DNA of 64,000 nt from Mobula hypostoma (Eukaryota): contig NC_086118.1 in assembly GCF_963921235.1 (NCBI RefSeq), positions 24,182,001-24,246,000 of the forward strand, read 5' to 3'. Made by a program: the position numbers and the translations under genes. Below are positions 1 through 11,820 of this stretch, piece after piece; the first letter of the stretch is position 1; each line of letters starts with the position of its first letter. The notes beneath the pieces were generated by a model. The model saw only the letters and a program-made list of their open reading frames with translations. It did no database searches and was not told where the DNA came from.

Positions 1-1040
1 TTGATGGACCCACTATTAGTCTGACCTCTACCTTTTGACCTATTTGATATAGGTGACCCTACCAAAATCCAAAGCATAAAGCCTTGACTCCAGCCAACAT
101 AGCTCTTTAGTTCATTGAGGCACGCAAGCCTCCAAACCTACATAGAAACATAGAAAATAGGTGGGGTAGGCCATTCGGCCCTTCGAGCCTGCACCGCCAT
201 TCAGTATGATCATGGCTGATCATCCAACTCAGAACCCTGTACCTGTTTTCCCTCCATACCCCCACTCCCTTTAGCCACAAGGGCCATATCTAACTCCCTC
301 TTATATATAGCCAATGAACTGGCCTCAACAGTTTCCTGTGGCAGAGAATTCCACAGATTCACCACTCTCTGTGTGAAGAAGTTTTTCCTAATCTCGGTCC
401 TAAAAGGCTTCCCTTTTATCCTCAAACTGTGGCCCCTCGTTCTGGACTTCCTCAACATCGGGAACAATCTTCCTGCATCTAGCCTGTCCAATCCCTTTAG
501 GATCTTATACGTTTCAATCAGATCCCCCCTCAATCTTCTAAATTCCAACGAGTACAAGCCCAATTCATCCAGTCTTTCTTCATATGAAAGTCCTACCATC
601 CCAGGAATCAATCTGGTGAACCTTCTTTGTACTCCCTGTATGGGAAGAATGTCTTTCCTTAGATTAGGGGACCAAAACTGCACACAATACTCCAGGTGTG
701 GTCTCACCAAGGCCTTGTACATCTGCAGTAGAACCCCCTGCTCCTGTACTCAAATCCTCTTGTTTTGAATGCCAACATACCATTCGCCTTTTTCACCGCC
801 TGCTGTACCTGCAAGCCCACTTTCAATGACTGGTGTATAATGACACCCAGGTCTCGTTGCACCTCCCCTTTTCCTAATCGGCCACCATTCAGATAATCAT
901 CTGTTTTCCTGTTCTTGACATCAAAGTGGATAACCTCACATTTGTCCACATTAAATTGCATCTGCCATGAATTTGCCCACTCACCTAACCTATCCAAGCC
1001 ACCCTGCATCCTCTTAGCTACAAGGTTCTGGTCCTCTTGT
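1..1040. mobile_element. RTE-associated repeat end, interrupted by a CR1 insertion
   Basis: 1-137 and 1023-1040 together match the repeat at ~38590-38765. Confidence 0.45.
143..1017 (-). mobile_element. CR1 LINE 3' fragment (HER1-like), RT C-terminus
   Basis: Peptides WQMQFNVDKCEVIH and YKALVRPHLEYCVQFWSP...FFTQRVVNLWNSLP. Simple-repeat tail. CTACA on both sides (138-142 and 1018-1022). Confidence 0.92.
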
Positions 1041-1470
1041 TGGAACTTTATTAACTGCAGAATAATTTTAAGGACTGAATGGCCTTTCACTTCCTCTGAA
1101 TCTACAAGTTCATACTTGCAGCAGAACTGACTTTGCCTCTACTCACTTCAAGTAAGTGCGCACAGGGAAAGAAAATAATTGCTGTGTAATTTCATTAAAC
1201 TTAACATTGAAGCCTACTGCTTACTGGATGACTCAGGGGTAATCTGGTAGTGTTTTGAACAGTAATATTTCAGAGCTACACATCGTTACCGATTGCTCAT
1301 CACTATGAGACAATTTAAAACCCTTTTTGCTTTCTTACTGATTTCATCCAATATTACTTTTGAGATAACAACAGTCATATGTGGCAACAATTAGTGATGG
1401 GTGGGTCTGATGAATATGGTCTGGAGTCATTATATAATGAATATAAAGACTGTTAAATATTTCATTAGAC

Positions 1471-1553
1471 CAGGGGTTCCCAACCTGGGGCCCACAGACC
1501 CCTTACTTAATGGTATAAATCCACTGCTTTAAAAAAAAGGTTGGGAACCCCTG
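1471..1553. mobile_element. 83-bp hAT (Charlie-like) MITE
   Basis: 15-bp TIRs CAGGGGTTCCCAACC / GGTTGGGAACCCCTG. 8-bp TSD CATTAGAC / CATTAAAC. Partial copy at ~27497-27563. Confidence 0.85.
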
Positions 1554-1979
1554 CATTAAACTATTCGGAGTCAAGAATCAGATGGAAGGTGGTTTTCATT
1601 TGTCTCTTCATGGAGGTAATTAAAATTAAAATCACAGCAAATTAGAATGCACCCTCAATTCTAAAACAATATTTAAATCAATTTTAATTCAGATGTGCAC
1701 TAAATATAAAGCTCTGATGCGCTATTATTATGGGAAACAATCAACACTGCCCACACATAAAGGACTGCATGATACATATCAATGGCAGGGGTCCAAGACA
1801 CCAAGAGAGGGAATCACCATTACATCTTTTACCCGAGGGCATTACAATACGACACAAGAACCCAATCTGAGAGGATTAACAGACCAAAGGAAGTGTAAAA
1901 AAATTATTTTGACATCTTGAACACCTCAGAATAGTTGATTACAAGAGAAACAAAGGACAATTTGTTGCACAGATAAGCC

Positions 1980-4927
1980 AGTATTATTTATTTTCATCAT
2001 TATTCAAGTACATCAAACATATGACTGCACTCATATGCAATAAGGCATTTTCTGTTAGCAAACTTAAAAAAACAAATCGCGCAACCCACCCCTCCCCCCC
2101 CCACCCCCGAAACCTTACTGAAGTTGCACAACGAATTCTGCAGGGGATCTGTGCACACAGGATAAGAACTATGTTATATTTCTTTATACTGTACTATGTA
2201 AACAAGAACAGATTTCAAAAGGGATAACAAATTTAGCAAACTATTTGCTTTTTCATCACATCAAAGAACTATACAGCCACAAGTATATAATTTTCTTTTT
2301 GCTTGAGTAGTGCCAGAAATCTGTTTATTACCCCTCACTCTTTCAAAACAGTGGTTAGCTTTGGTGTAGGATGGTGGTTGTGAACCACACTGATGAGAAG
2401 ACTTTTCTCTGGTGTTGCACAGTAATAAATATCCTGCTTAAAGCTGCAGTGACCCACGAATGATCCCTCAGCAACCAATCATGAAGAAAAACATTCAGCC
2501 ATTTGGAGCTGAGCATTCTTACTTAAATTCAGTAATTTGGAACAGTGCTCGACCATTAAAGTTATCTCCAGCCTGCTACAACATGTATTTTTTTGGAGGG
2601 GGGACACTTTTGAGTCATAACTGCATGTTCAGTGATTTTCAGTGCAATTTCACAACATACAGTGATGATAAAACTGCTCGTGAAATCTGCTGTACTTATG
2701 TCATGATACCTGCAGTTTGTGCAGCCGTGCCAATCTAAAATAAAAAGGCTTTGTGTAGGTAATGTCACGGAGATAATATTTATACATAGAACATCAAAAG
2801 TGAGGCACCTTTCCCATTGTTAAATAAGGTTTCTTTCAGAGAATTATTATAGGCTTCACTTTGAACCTCCTCTTTTTTAAGATGCCAGCTACTGATTTCA
2901 AATGACTATTACCCCATTGAGGTCCTGCAGCTTTAGAACAGAAAAGATAACATATCATTTCACATTGAGCATCCCCACAATCTCAACAAAAGGCCACATA
3001 TCATTGTATTTTAAGCTTGTCGCAAAGTCAATAGCTATTTTAGACTACTGAGAAAATAGTCAAGTTCCATGCCATTTCTAATATTATCAAATCAATCGTG
3101 TAAAAAAAAAGCTGTTTTTAAGATGAGAAGCTACTTCAGTCCCTGAAGGGCAATGCTAATGATTCTTTCAAAAGTAGAAAAATATGGCCAGTGAGCTCAC
3201 AGTAAAAGCTGACTACAATATACTCAACCATAACTAATCTATGAACACGGTAAAATTTAACTATTGGAGTTAGGAAGATCATGGAAAGTATTCTGGGGAA
3301 TTTAAACGACGCTGTTTTCTATCAGCTCATTTTTACCACAGGATGGTAAAATGTTACCTCCTCATGTATTTATGATCCAGAAAATTCATTCTAACCTTTC
3401 CTAGCATGGAATCATTTCTATTCCCCTCCCTGCCCCCCCCCCCACTACACCTTCTTCTCCATTTTTCATTACAGTTTTCTACTTGTGGTCCCCTTTGCAT
3501 TTATCTAACTTGTGTCACTGTTCAGTAGCAGAACGCTTATCAATACAGTGAAATATTAGCATTTTGCTTCATATTTCTAGCAAACTGTAGTTCATGTTAA
3601 TTCCAGACAATATATTTGCATGTAGTGTGGCACACTAAGATTTTCAATACATTTATAGCATTCTTCGAACATGTAAAGAACAAAGCCTATCTGTACTAGT
3701 TTTCTGATTCCTTCAGTAATAGTATAATGAAAATGAGTAACATTCGACACTACAATCAGGCAATGCCTCTGCATTTAGAAACTGAAGAGGAATATAGGAG
3801 GCTGGTTCTGGGACACTGGCTTTGACTGCTGTTGTTTGGACAGGTTGCAGTGTGGTGGTGATATCATGCACCCAGCACACTGATTTGCTGCTGTCCACTG
3901 CCCATTACTACCACCATCAAAACAGAACTGTTGCGGATATTGTCAGTATTACATGCTGTTTGAAGCTTTGCATACTGGATAAGTTTTCTAGACTTCACAC
4001 AGCAATGAAACAGCGACTGTTAATAGCTGCACTTGAAGCATTATACTTTCACACTGCAATAAATCAGACCCACACAGGAAATTTCAGGTCACTGTTAACA
4101 AGACCCAGGTATGAATCAGGGATGACCACAAACCAAAAAGGAGAATGCCTGCAGCACAGGACTGGATTACAAGACTGGACGCACATCAGAAGGCTTGTTT
4201 AGCTATAGACACTATCTAAAGGTGGGCATTCAAATTGCCCCTCACAATTGAAGCCTCAGTAAGCTGCAGACAGTATCTGATGGTGAGCATTCAAATCACC
4301 CCTCACACCTGTCCTAGTATTGCTGCCCCTAGCTCCATTAACTTTCAAACCTTCACATTAATGCTAAGAAAAAAAACTCCATCCATACAGAAATATTTAG
4401 ACAAAGTAAATCCTGCAGAATTAAAGCATTTATTTTACCTTGTTGTAAATAGTAATTCTCCAGTGAGATGGCTATAGGTTATGACAAGGAATGGTAAATA
4501 TGTAGCACCATTGAATATTTTAAGTTTTATATCTACATGAGTAAACTATTCAAACTTGTAAGCTATTAGCAATTTACTTACTCAAGCTACACTTTTTTTT
4601 TATTAAAAAACAGCTTACTAGCTATAATTTTACATGCGTTTTGATTAACATATTCTATTTAAAATAAAGTTTTGTTGCAGAATTTGGCTTCAGCAAAATA
4701 CTTTTTTAATCGTAAACTGTTAAAAATGAATGTTCTGTAGGCACTTAATTAGCTTGCAAAACACAGCTTCTGTCAAAAAAGCAAACAATACTATGTACAT
4801 ATATGTAAAAAGTGTTATAAATAGGTTTTAAACCATAGATACTATATACATCTTCAAATTAAAACAGTAATGTTTTTTTTATTCCTCTAAAGATGGCATC
4901 ATACGGATTGTGGTGATCTATGGTAGC
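1980..4927 (-). other. PMP22: PMP22 3' UTR (distal end uncertain)
   Basis: AU-rich, largely repeat-free DNA after the stop. Minus-strand AATAAA candidates near 4880, 4600 and 1987-1992. Confidence 0.45.
4503..4510 (-). promoter_or_regulatory. miR-29 8mer target site (UGGUGCUA) in the PMP22 3' UTR
   Basis: Plus strand reads TAGCACCA, equal to miR-29 nt 1-8, ~420 nt past the stop codon. Confidence 0.6.
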
Positions 4928-5094
4928 TCATTCACGCTTTCTTAGAATGACATAGATGATTCCGCTGCACAGGGCCAGGGGAAATGCAATCCACGCCAAA
5001 ATGTAGGCAAATCCATAGCTCCCATCGTAGCGTTCTTTGTGAATGTGCGGGTACTGCACCGTATATATGGCAGCTCCACTCATCACACAAATGC
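4928..5094 (-). CDS. PMP22: PMP22 last coding exon ([55 protein letters not shown])
   Basis: Translated by hand. TTTTTCAG acceptor, phase matches exon 3, ends in PMP22-type YVILRKRE and TGA at 4930-4928. Confidence 0.96.
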
Positions 5095-5274
5095 CTGAAA
5101 AAATAACAAGAGTTTTGTTTATGGTCTGATTTACTTTGTAAAGTTACTTTATGCCTTGGGATTAAAATTGATTAACAGCTGAAAACACACCATAAACACA
5201 TTTAATCCTTCAAACTATGCAGGATATGACCAGAAGCCCATTGGATGGAACAACCAAAGCAAGGGATCACTGAT

Positions 5275-5525
5275 TGGGCTCAATCCCGGCCACTGGCCTA
5301 CAGAGTTTATACATTCTCCCCACGACCGTGTGGTACTCCTGGTTCCCTTCACTTTCCAAAGACGTACAGTCTGGGCTAGTCAGTTGTGGGCATATACTGG
5401 CACCAAAAGCATAGCAGCACTTGTGGGATGCCTAGTACAATCCTAGCTGATTTGATCTGACACTAACAATGCATCTCACTGTATGCTTTAATCTACATGT
5501 GAAAAATAAAAGCTAATCTGATCTA
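5275..5525 (+). mobile_element. Degenerate V-SINE/HE1-like tRNA SINE
   Basis: B-box-like GCTCAATCCC, then an ACATTCTCCC...CCAAAGACGTAC core shared with ~26690 and ~56423. Confidence 0.6.
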
Positions 5526-6797
5526 AAATGGGATGCCACTGTATGGCCTAGCCTGCAGGGTATGTACTACAGCCTAACCATTTCACAACCAAGCTTAACC
5601 ATATTTTAGCAACTATTCAATATGTAGTCATCTGGCCCCACCCTACCCAAGATATTCTCTGCGTGCTACCATCCATTCCTTAACTTTTCTGCTACATAGT
5701 TCTAACCTGTTCTCTGATGAAGGGACTCCCGGCACACTTCCTCAACAGTGTCCGTGCATAAAAAGTAGCAACAGAGCAATAAAGTGGATTCAGAAATGGC
5801 CCAATAATTTGCATCATTGGACAGACAAAATGCTTTTTGCACACTCCAACTATGAAAATTTTAACCTGCTAGAGCAAATCTATGAGGGCATGTGGCATGG
5901 GGAAGATAAGATTTCTGCTGCAGCTACTGATGCAAATTGGACACATTATGGCTGGGAACAGTGTTACAGACTAAATATAACAATGGACTCTATAACCTCA
6001 AAGAACATCTACTGTATTCCACCTGGTCCATAAAGCCATCAAGTCAGTCCTGAAGAAAAGCTTTTAACTAAATCTTTTATTTATTTTTAAGAGTACAAGC
6101 AGCAATGTTCCTCATAAACACCCTTGCACATGACAAGAATGTACATCTTAATATAACAAAACTCTTATTAACAGATCTTCAGAAGATACACTACTGTTTC
6201 TTAGAAAATCTCCAAAAAAGGTAATTCTTGTGAAAATTCAAGACCTCAAATACGAACAGAGACTGAAAGAACTCTGGAATGTAACAAAATGAACATTGCA
6301 ACATCATGGAATCCTTTTTTTATTAAAAGCATATAAAAACATGTTCAAAGGTAATTCAACCAATTGAAAGCAACCACACCCACACACTGTCAATCATCAG
6401 TCTCTAATAAAAACTACTTCTTGAATCTGTACAGCATTAGGTTTTCTGTTCAAATTTAAATCTTTACATTTCCATAACAACAGAAAACATAACTGCATCA
6501 TCGGAATTATTTTAATCTCGTTACCATGATTGTCTTGCAGCAGCTCAGGCTCACCCTATTTTGTTGCTTCACTGAATTCATTATAATTTGAATTAGAATC
6601 CTAGCCTGGGATGGTATCAACAGTGTGCATTTTGCTGCACCATAGTTGCTATCTTCCTGTTTGCCTGCATTATTATCGACAGCAGAATATATAGTGCCTT
6701 GAGTGCATGAACAGTACATACTGAGGGTCTCAAAAAGACCAGGGTAAATGCTATCAAGCTTATTGCAAAACCAACATTAGTACCTTTTAAAGTTAAC

Positions 6798-7545
6798 GGT
6801 GCACTTCAAAAAGGAAATGCTGTACATTGGTTATGTAAATATAATAATACTCATCTACCTATCAATCATGCCACTGAGGTAATGCTTGAGTTGGAACATT
6901 GCTTCATAGAATCAGTTCACAATTGAAAGGAACAAAAACAAACATTTTCTACAAAGGTTTTTAAGTCTGTAAACAGTACTGCTGACACAAAGAAATCTAG
7001 CACTACGATGCCTTAGATCTTTGCACAGCACTGTGTTTGTCAACGTGGAGTTGGGAGCAAGTTTGTAAATCCGGCAGGAGCGAAGGATGTTGAGGGTGGA
7101 GCACCATGGGAGGGGTGCGGAACAGGTGGCACAGAAGTACTGCCGTTGCGGAGGCGGGCACAGGTGCAGACGCACCCAGGCCTGAGGCCCTGGCAATCCT
7201 TCTCCGCCACCTGCTCCGCACCCCTCCCATGGTGCTCCACCCTCAACATCCTTCGCTCCTGCCGGATTTACAGACTTGCTCTCAACTCTACGTTGACACA
7301 GTACTGTGCAAAAATATAAAGCATCCTAGTGCTAGACTTCTTTGTATCAGCAGTGCTGTTTGCAGACTTAAAAGCCTTTGCAGAAAATGTTTCTTTTTGT
7401 TCCTTTCAGTTGTGAACTGATCTTATGAGGCAATGTTCCAACATACTGCAATTTAACCACTACCTCAGTGACCTGATTGATAGGTAGATAGGTATTATTA
7501 CACTTAAGTAATCAATGTAGAGCCTTTCTCTTTTTTAAGTGCACC
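6798..7545. repeat. Long inverted repeat: arms 6798-7144 and 7192-7545, 47-nt spacer
   Basis: Arms are reverse complements throughout, with a 58-nt perfect block at 7064-7121 vs 7215-7272. Confidence 0.92.
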
Positions 7546-7879
7546 AGGCAAGGTCATTTGATTTCAAACAACTGGTTTACTGATCATTACAAGAAGTCTC
7601 TCTGATGCTTCCCTCTCCCTCCCCTCTTCTCATGATATTTCCCTCTCCCCTGCCCCCTTCCCACCCTCAATATACAATAGAGACCGACATCAGAATCAGG
7701 TTTATCATTCACATACATCACGAAATTTGTTAAATTTTGCGGCAGCAGTACAATACCTAAAATTACTATAGTCTGTGTAAATGGCTTATGCACCTTAGCT
7801 ATACATATGTGCCCAAGACTTTTGCACAGTACTGTATATTCAGATATAATTCAACCACCTGAAATCTATTATTTATTAT

Positions 7880-8640
7880 ATATCAAAGTTCAAAGTGAAT
7901 TTTATTATCAAAGTATATACTTGTTACCACATACAGCCCCGAGATTCAGTTTTTCATGAGCAAGCTCAACAAATCTATAGAATAATAACCACAACAGAAT
8001 TAATGAAACGCCGCCCACCTAGACAGTGCAGAAGACAACAAACTCTGCAAGTACAGAGTAATAACTAAATAGGCAATAGAAATATTGAGAACATGAGACG
8101 AAGCGTATGAAAGTGAACCCATTCATTTGAGGAACATTTCAATAATGGGGCAAATGAGTTGGGTGAAGTTATCCCCTTTCGTCAAGAGCCTGATGGTTGA
8201 GGGGTAATAACTGTTGCTGAACCTGGTGGTGTGAGGCCTGAGGCTTCTGTGCCTTCATCCTGATGGTAGCAGCAAGAAGAGACCATGTCCTGCATGGTGG
8301 GGGTCACTGCTAATGGATGCTGCTCTCCTGCGACAGTGTCTCATGTCGATGTGCTCACTGGTGGGGAGGGGGCTTTACTCGTGATGGCTTGGGCCTTGTC
8401 CTCAACATTTTGTAGGATTTTCCATTCAAGGGCACTGGTGTTTCCATACCAGGCTGTGATGCAGTCAGTCTATACACACTCCACTCCATATCTCTCGATG
8501 TCTAACTTTTAGATGTCAATCTGAATCTCCACAAACTCCTAAGGAAGTAGAGGCACTGCTGTGCTTTCTTTTTAATTGCACTCATGAGCTCGGCCCAGGA
8601 CAAGTCCTCTGAAATAACAACACCTAGGAATTTAAAGCTC
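7880..8640 (-). mobile_element. Rex1/Babar-like LINE 3' fragment
   Basis: Reverse strand encodes a CITAWYGN-like segment and the 3' tail shared with ~37140-37700. Confidence 0.6.
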
Positions 8641-8660
8641 TCAGGCTGAAATCACAATAG

Positions 8661-10654
8661 ACCATAAGATATAGGAGCTGAAGTAGGCCATTCCGCCCAT
8701 CGAGTCTGCTCCACCATTCAATCATGGGCTGATCCAATTCTTCCAGTCATCCCCACTCCCCTACCTTCTCCCCACACCCTTTGATGCCCTGGCTAATCAA
8801 GCATCTACCTATCTCTGCCTTAAATGCACTCAATGACTTGGCCTCCACAGCCACTCATTGCAACAAATTCCACAGATTTACCACTCTCTGACTAAAGTAA
8901 TTTCTCCTCATCTCTGCTGTAATTGGATGTCCTTCAATCCTGAAGTTGTGCCTGCTTGTCCTGGGCTCCCCTACCATGGGAAATAACTTTGCCTTATCTA
9001 ATCCGTTCAGGCCTTTTAACATTCAGAATGTTTCTATGAAATCCCCCCTCATTCTACTGAGCTCCAGGGAATACAGCCCAAGAGCTGCCAGACATTCCTC
9101 AAACAGTAACCCTTTCATTCCCGGAATCATTCTTGTTAATCTTCTCTGAACCCTCTCCAATATCAGTATATTCTTTCTAAAATAAGGAGCCCAAAGCTGC
9201 ACACAACACTCCAAGTGTAGTCTTATGAGTGCCTTATAGAGCCTCAACATCACATCCCTGCTCTTATATTCTATACCTCTAGAAATGAATGCCAACATTG
9301 CTTTTGCCTTTTTCACCACCAACTCAACCTGGAGGTTAAACTTTAAGGTATCCTGCACAAGGACTCCCAAGTCCGTTTGCATCTCTACATTTTGAATTCT
9401 CTCCCCATCTAAATAATAGTCTGCCCATTTATTTCTTCCACCAAAGTGCATGACCGTACACTTTCCAACATTGTATTTCATTTGCCACTTCTTTACCCAT
9501 TCCCCAAAACTATCTAAGTCTCTCTGCAGGAGGTTTCCTCAACGCTATCCGCTCCTCCACCTATCTTTGTATCGTTGGCAAATTTAGCCACACATCCATT
9601 AATCCCATAGTCCAAATCATTGACATACATCATAAAAATAAGCAGCAGTCCCAACACCGACCCATGTGGAACTCCACTGGTAACCGGCAGCCTGCTAGAA
9701 TAGGATCCCTTTATTCCCACTCTCTGTTTTCTGCCGATCAGCCAATGCTCCACCCATGTTAGTAACTCCCCTGTAATTCCATGGGCTCTTATCCTGCAAA
9801 GCAGCCTCATGTGCAGCACCTTGTTAAAGGCCTTCTGAAAATCCAAGTACACCACATCTACTGCATCTCCTTTGTCCACCCTGCTTGCAATTTCCTCAAA
9901 AAATTGCAGTAGGTTTATCAGGCAGGATTTTCCTTTCAGGAATCCATGCTGGCTTTGGCCTATCTTGCCATGTGCCCCCAGGTCTCCATAATCTCATCCC
10001 TAACAATTGATTCCAACAACTTCCCAACCACTGATGTCAGGCTAACAGGTCTATAGTTTCCTTTCTGCTGCCTCCCACCATTCTTAAATAGCGGATTAAC
10101 ATTTGCAATTTTCCATTCATCCGGTACAATGCCAGAATCTATCAATTCTTGAAAGATCATTGTCGGTGCCGCCACAATTTCTCCAGCTACTTCCTTCAGA
10201 ACCTGAGGGTGCATTCCATCAGATCCAGATTTATCCACCCTCAGACCATTAAGCTTCCTGAGCACCTTCTCAGTCGTAATTTTCACTGCGCATACTTCAC
10301 TTCCCTAACACTCTTGAATGTTCGGTATACTGCAGATGTCTTCCACTGTGAAGACTGATGCAAAATACGCATTCAGTTCCTCTGCCATCTCTGCATCTCT
10401 CATTATAGTATCTCCAGCGTCATTTTCTATTGGTCCTATATCTACCATCAACTCTCTTTTATCCTTCATATACTTAAAAAAGCTTTTAGTATCTCCTTCA
10501 ATATTAGTCACCAGCTTCCTTACATAATTTATCTTTTCCTTCCTAATGACCTTCTTAGTTTCCTTCTGCAAGTTTTTATAAGCTTCCCAATCCTCCATCT
10601 TCCCACTGACTTTGGCTTCCTTGTATACCCTCTCTTTTGCTTTTACTTTAGCTG
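8661..10654 (-). mobile_element. CR1 LINE, ~2 kb frameshifted ORF2/RT
   Basis: Peptides NYRPVSLTSVVGKLLE, DVVYLDFQKAFNKV, SGVPHGSVLG, KFANDTK, RLHLECCVQLWAPY. Confidence 0.93.
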
Positions 10655-11219
10655 TTTGTCAGATGTTGTCCAATGCTGCAGGCCATTCAGTCTTCTGTTT
10701 AAAAACATCTCAACTCTTTTCACTTCTATGACCAAGGTAAACATTCAAATGATTCAGTTGCAGTTTCCAAAATGTACAACTGAAACAATGTTTTCTTTCA
10801 ATATTCTTAATAAATATAGAAACTCAATTATGTGTCAATTCTACATTCAAGTGAGATACTAATCCATTCAAAGGTATGAAATCAAACTCTACAAACCTTG
10901 ATAAGTTGGAGCTTGAAGGTAAGGAGAGAAAGTAAACAATTGTTACTCGCAATAGCAAACTGAATCCATCTCAGATCTTGTGCCCCAAGATCTTGAGCAT
11001 TCAGCTACAAATGAAATCTGTGCCATTTCAAAATCAGATTGTTTGAAGTGATTTCAATGTTGAAGTCGTTACTAATGTTCTTTTTAAATCTTCCCAACTG
11101 AAGATTTGATCTTTGCTTCTAATTAATATGGTAAGACCTCATACACTATCTTTATTATTCAAGTGAGTGAAGTGGAGACGGATTACATGAATTGCATGAA
11201 TTACAAACAAAAAAGCCAG

Positions 11220-11820
11220 CAGGTCCAACAAGAAGTTGAGGGAGCTAATGTAATCTTGCCCCTCATTGCACAGGGGTTGCAATTCTAAAGAGGTGCGAGG
11301 CCTTCCTCAGAATACTGCGTAGAGTTTTGGCCATCGTTACCATACAGACATGGTAATATTGGAGACTGTACAAAGGACTTATTCATCAGGCTAATTCCTT
11401 GTAGATTGGGTCATTTTACAAGGAGAAACCACATAATTTGAGTCTGTATCCTTGGAAATAATATACAAAATCCAAAGGGAGTTTGACATAAATATTATTG
11501 AGATATTTTCACTACTGGGAGTGTTAAACAAGGGGACATAACTACAAGGGGCTGGTTAGTTGAAAGGAAAGTACATAGAAATTTCTTCTTGCAGGGAATA
11601 GTGAATCACCTGGCTTTCTCTGTCTCAGTGAGTGGTGGAAGTTGGATCACTAAGTATTTAAGGAGAAGCTGGATAAGTATTTGACAAATTGAACAGTAGA
11701 AAGGTATGGAGAAACAGCACAGAAGAGGAGTTGAAGCCCACATGGATTAGTCATAATCACATTATACGGCACGCAGGTTAGAATGGCCTACTCTTGCTCC
11801 CATTTTCTTGAATTCTTACT
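11220..11820 (+). mobile_element. Old CR1 3' fragment
   Basis: Degenerate CR1 3' ORF and tail (GAATGGCCTACTCTTGCTCC). Confidence 0.6.

Noticed and set aside
4503..4525. A miR-29 gene on the plus strand
   Set aside because: Only the 5' half resembles mature miR-29 and I see no flanking hairpin. It is better explained as a target site on the minus-strand mRNA.
6912..7420. Overlapping ORFs on both strands with duplicated peptides
   Set aside because: By-product of the inverted repeat.
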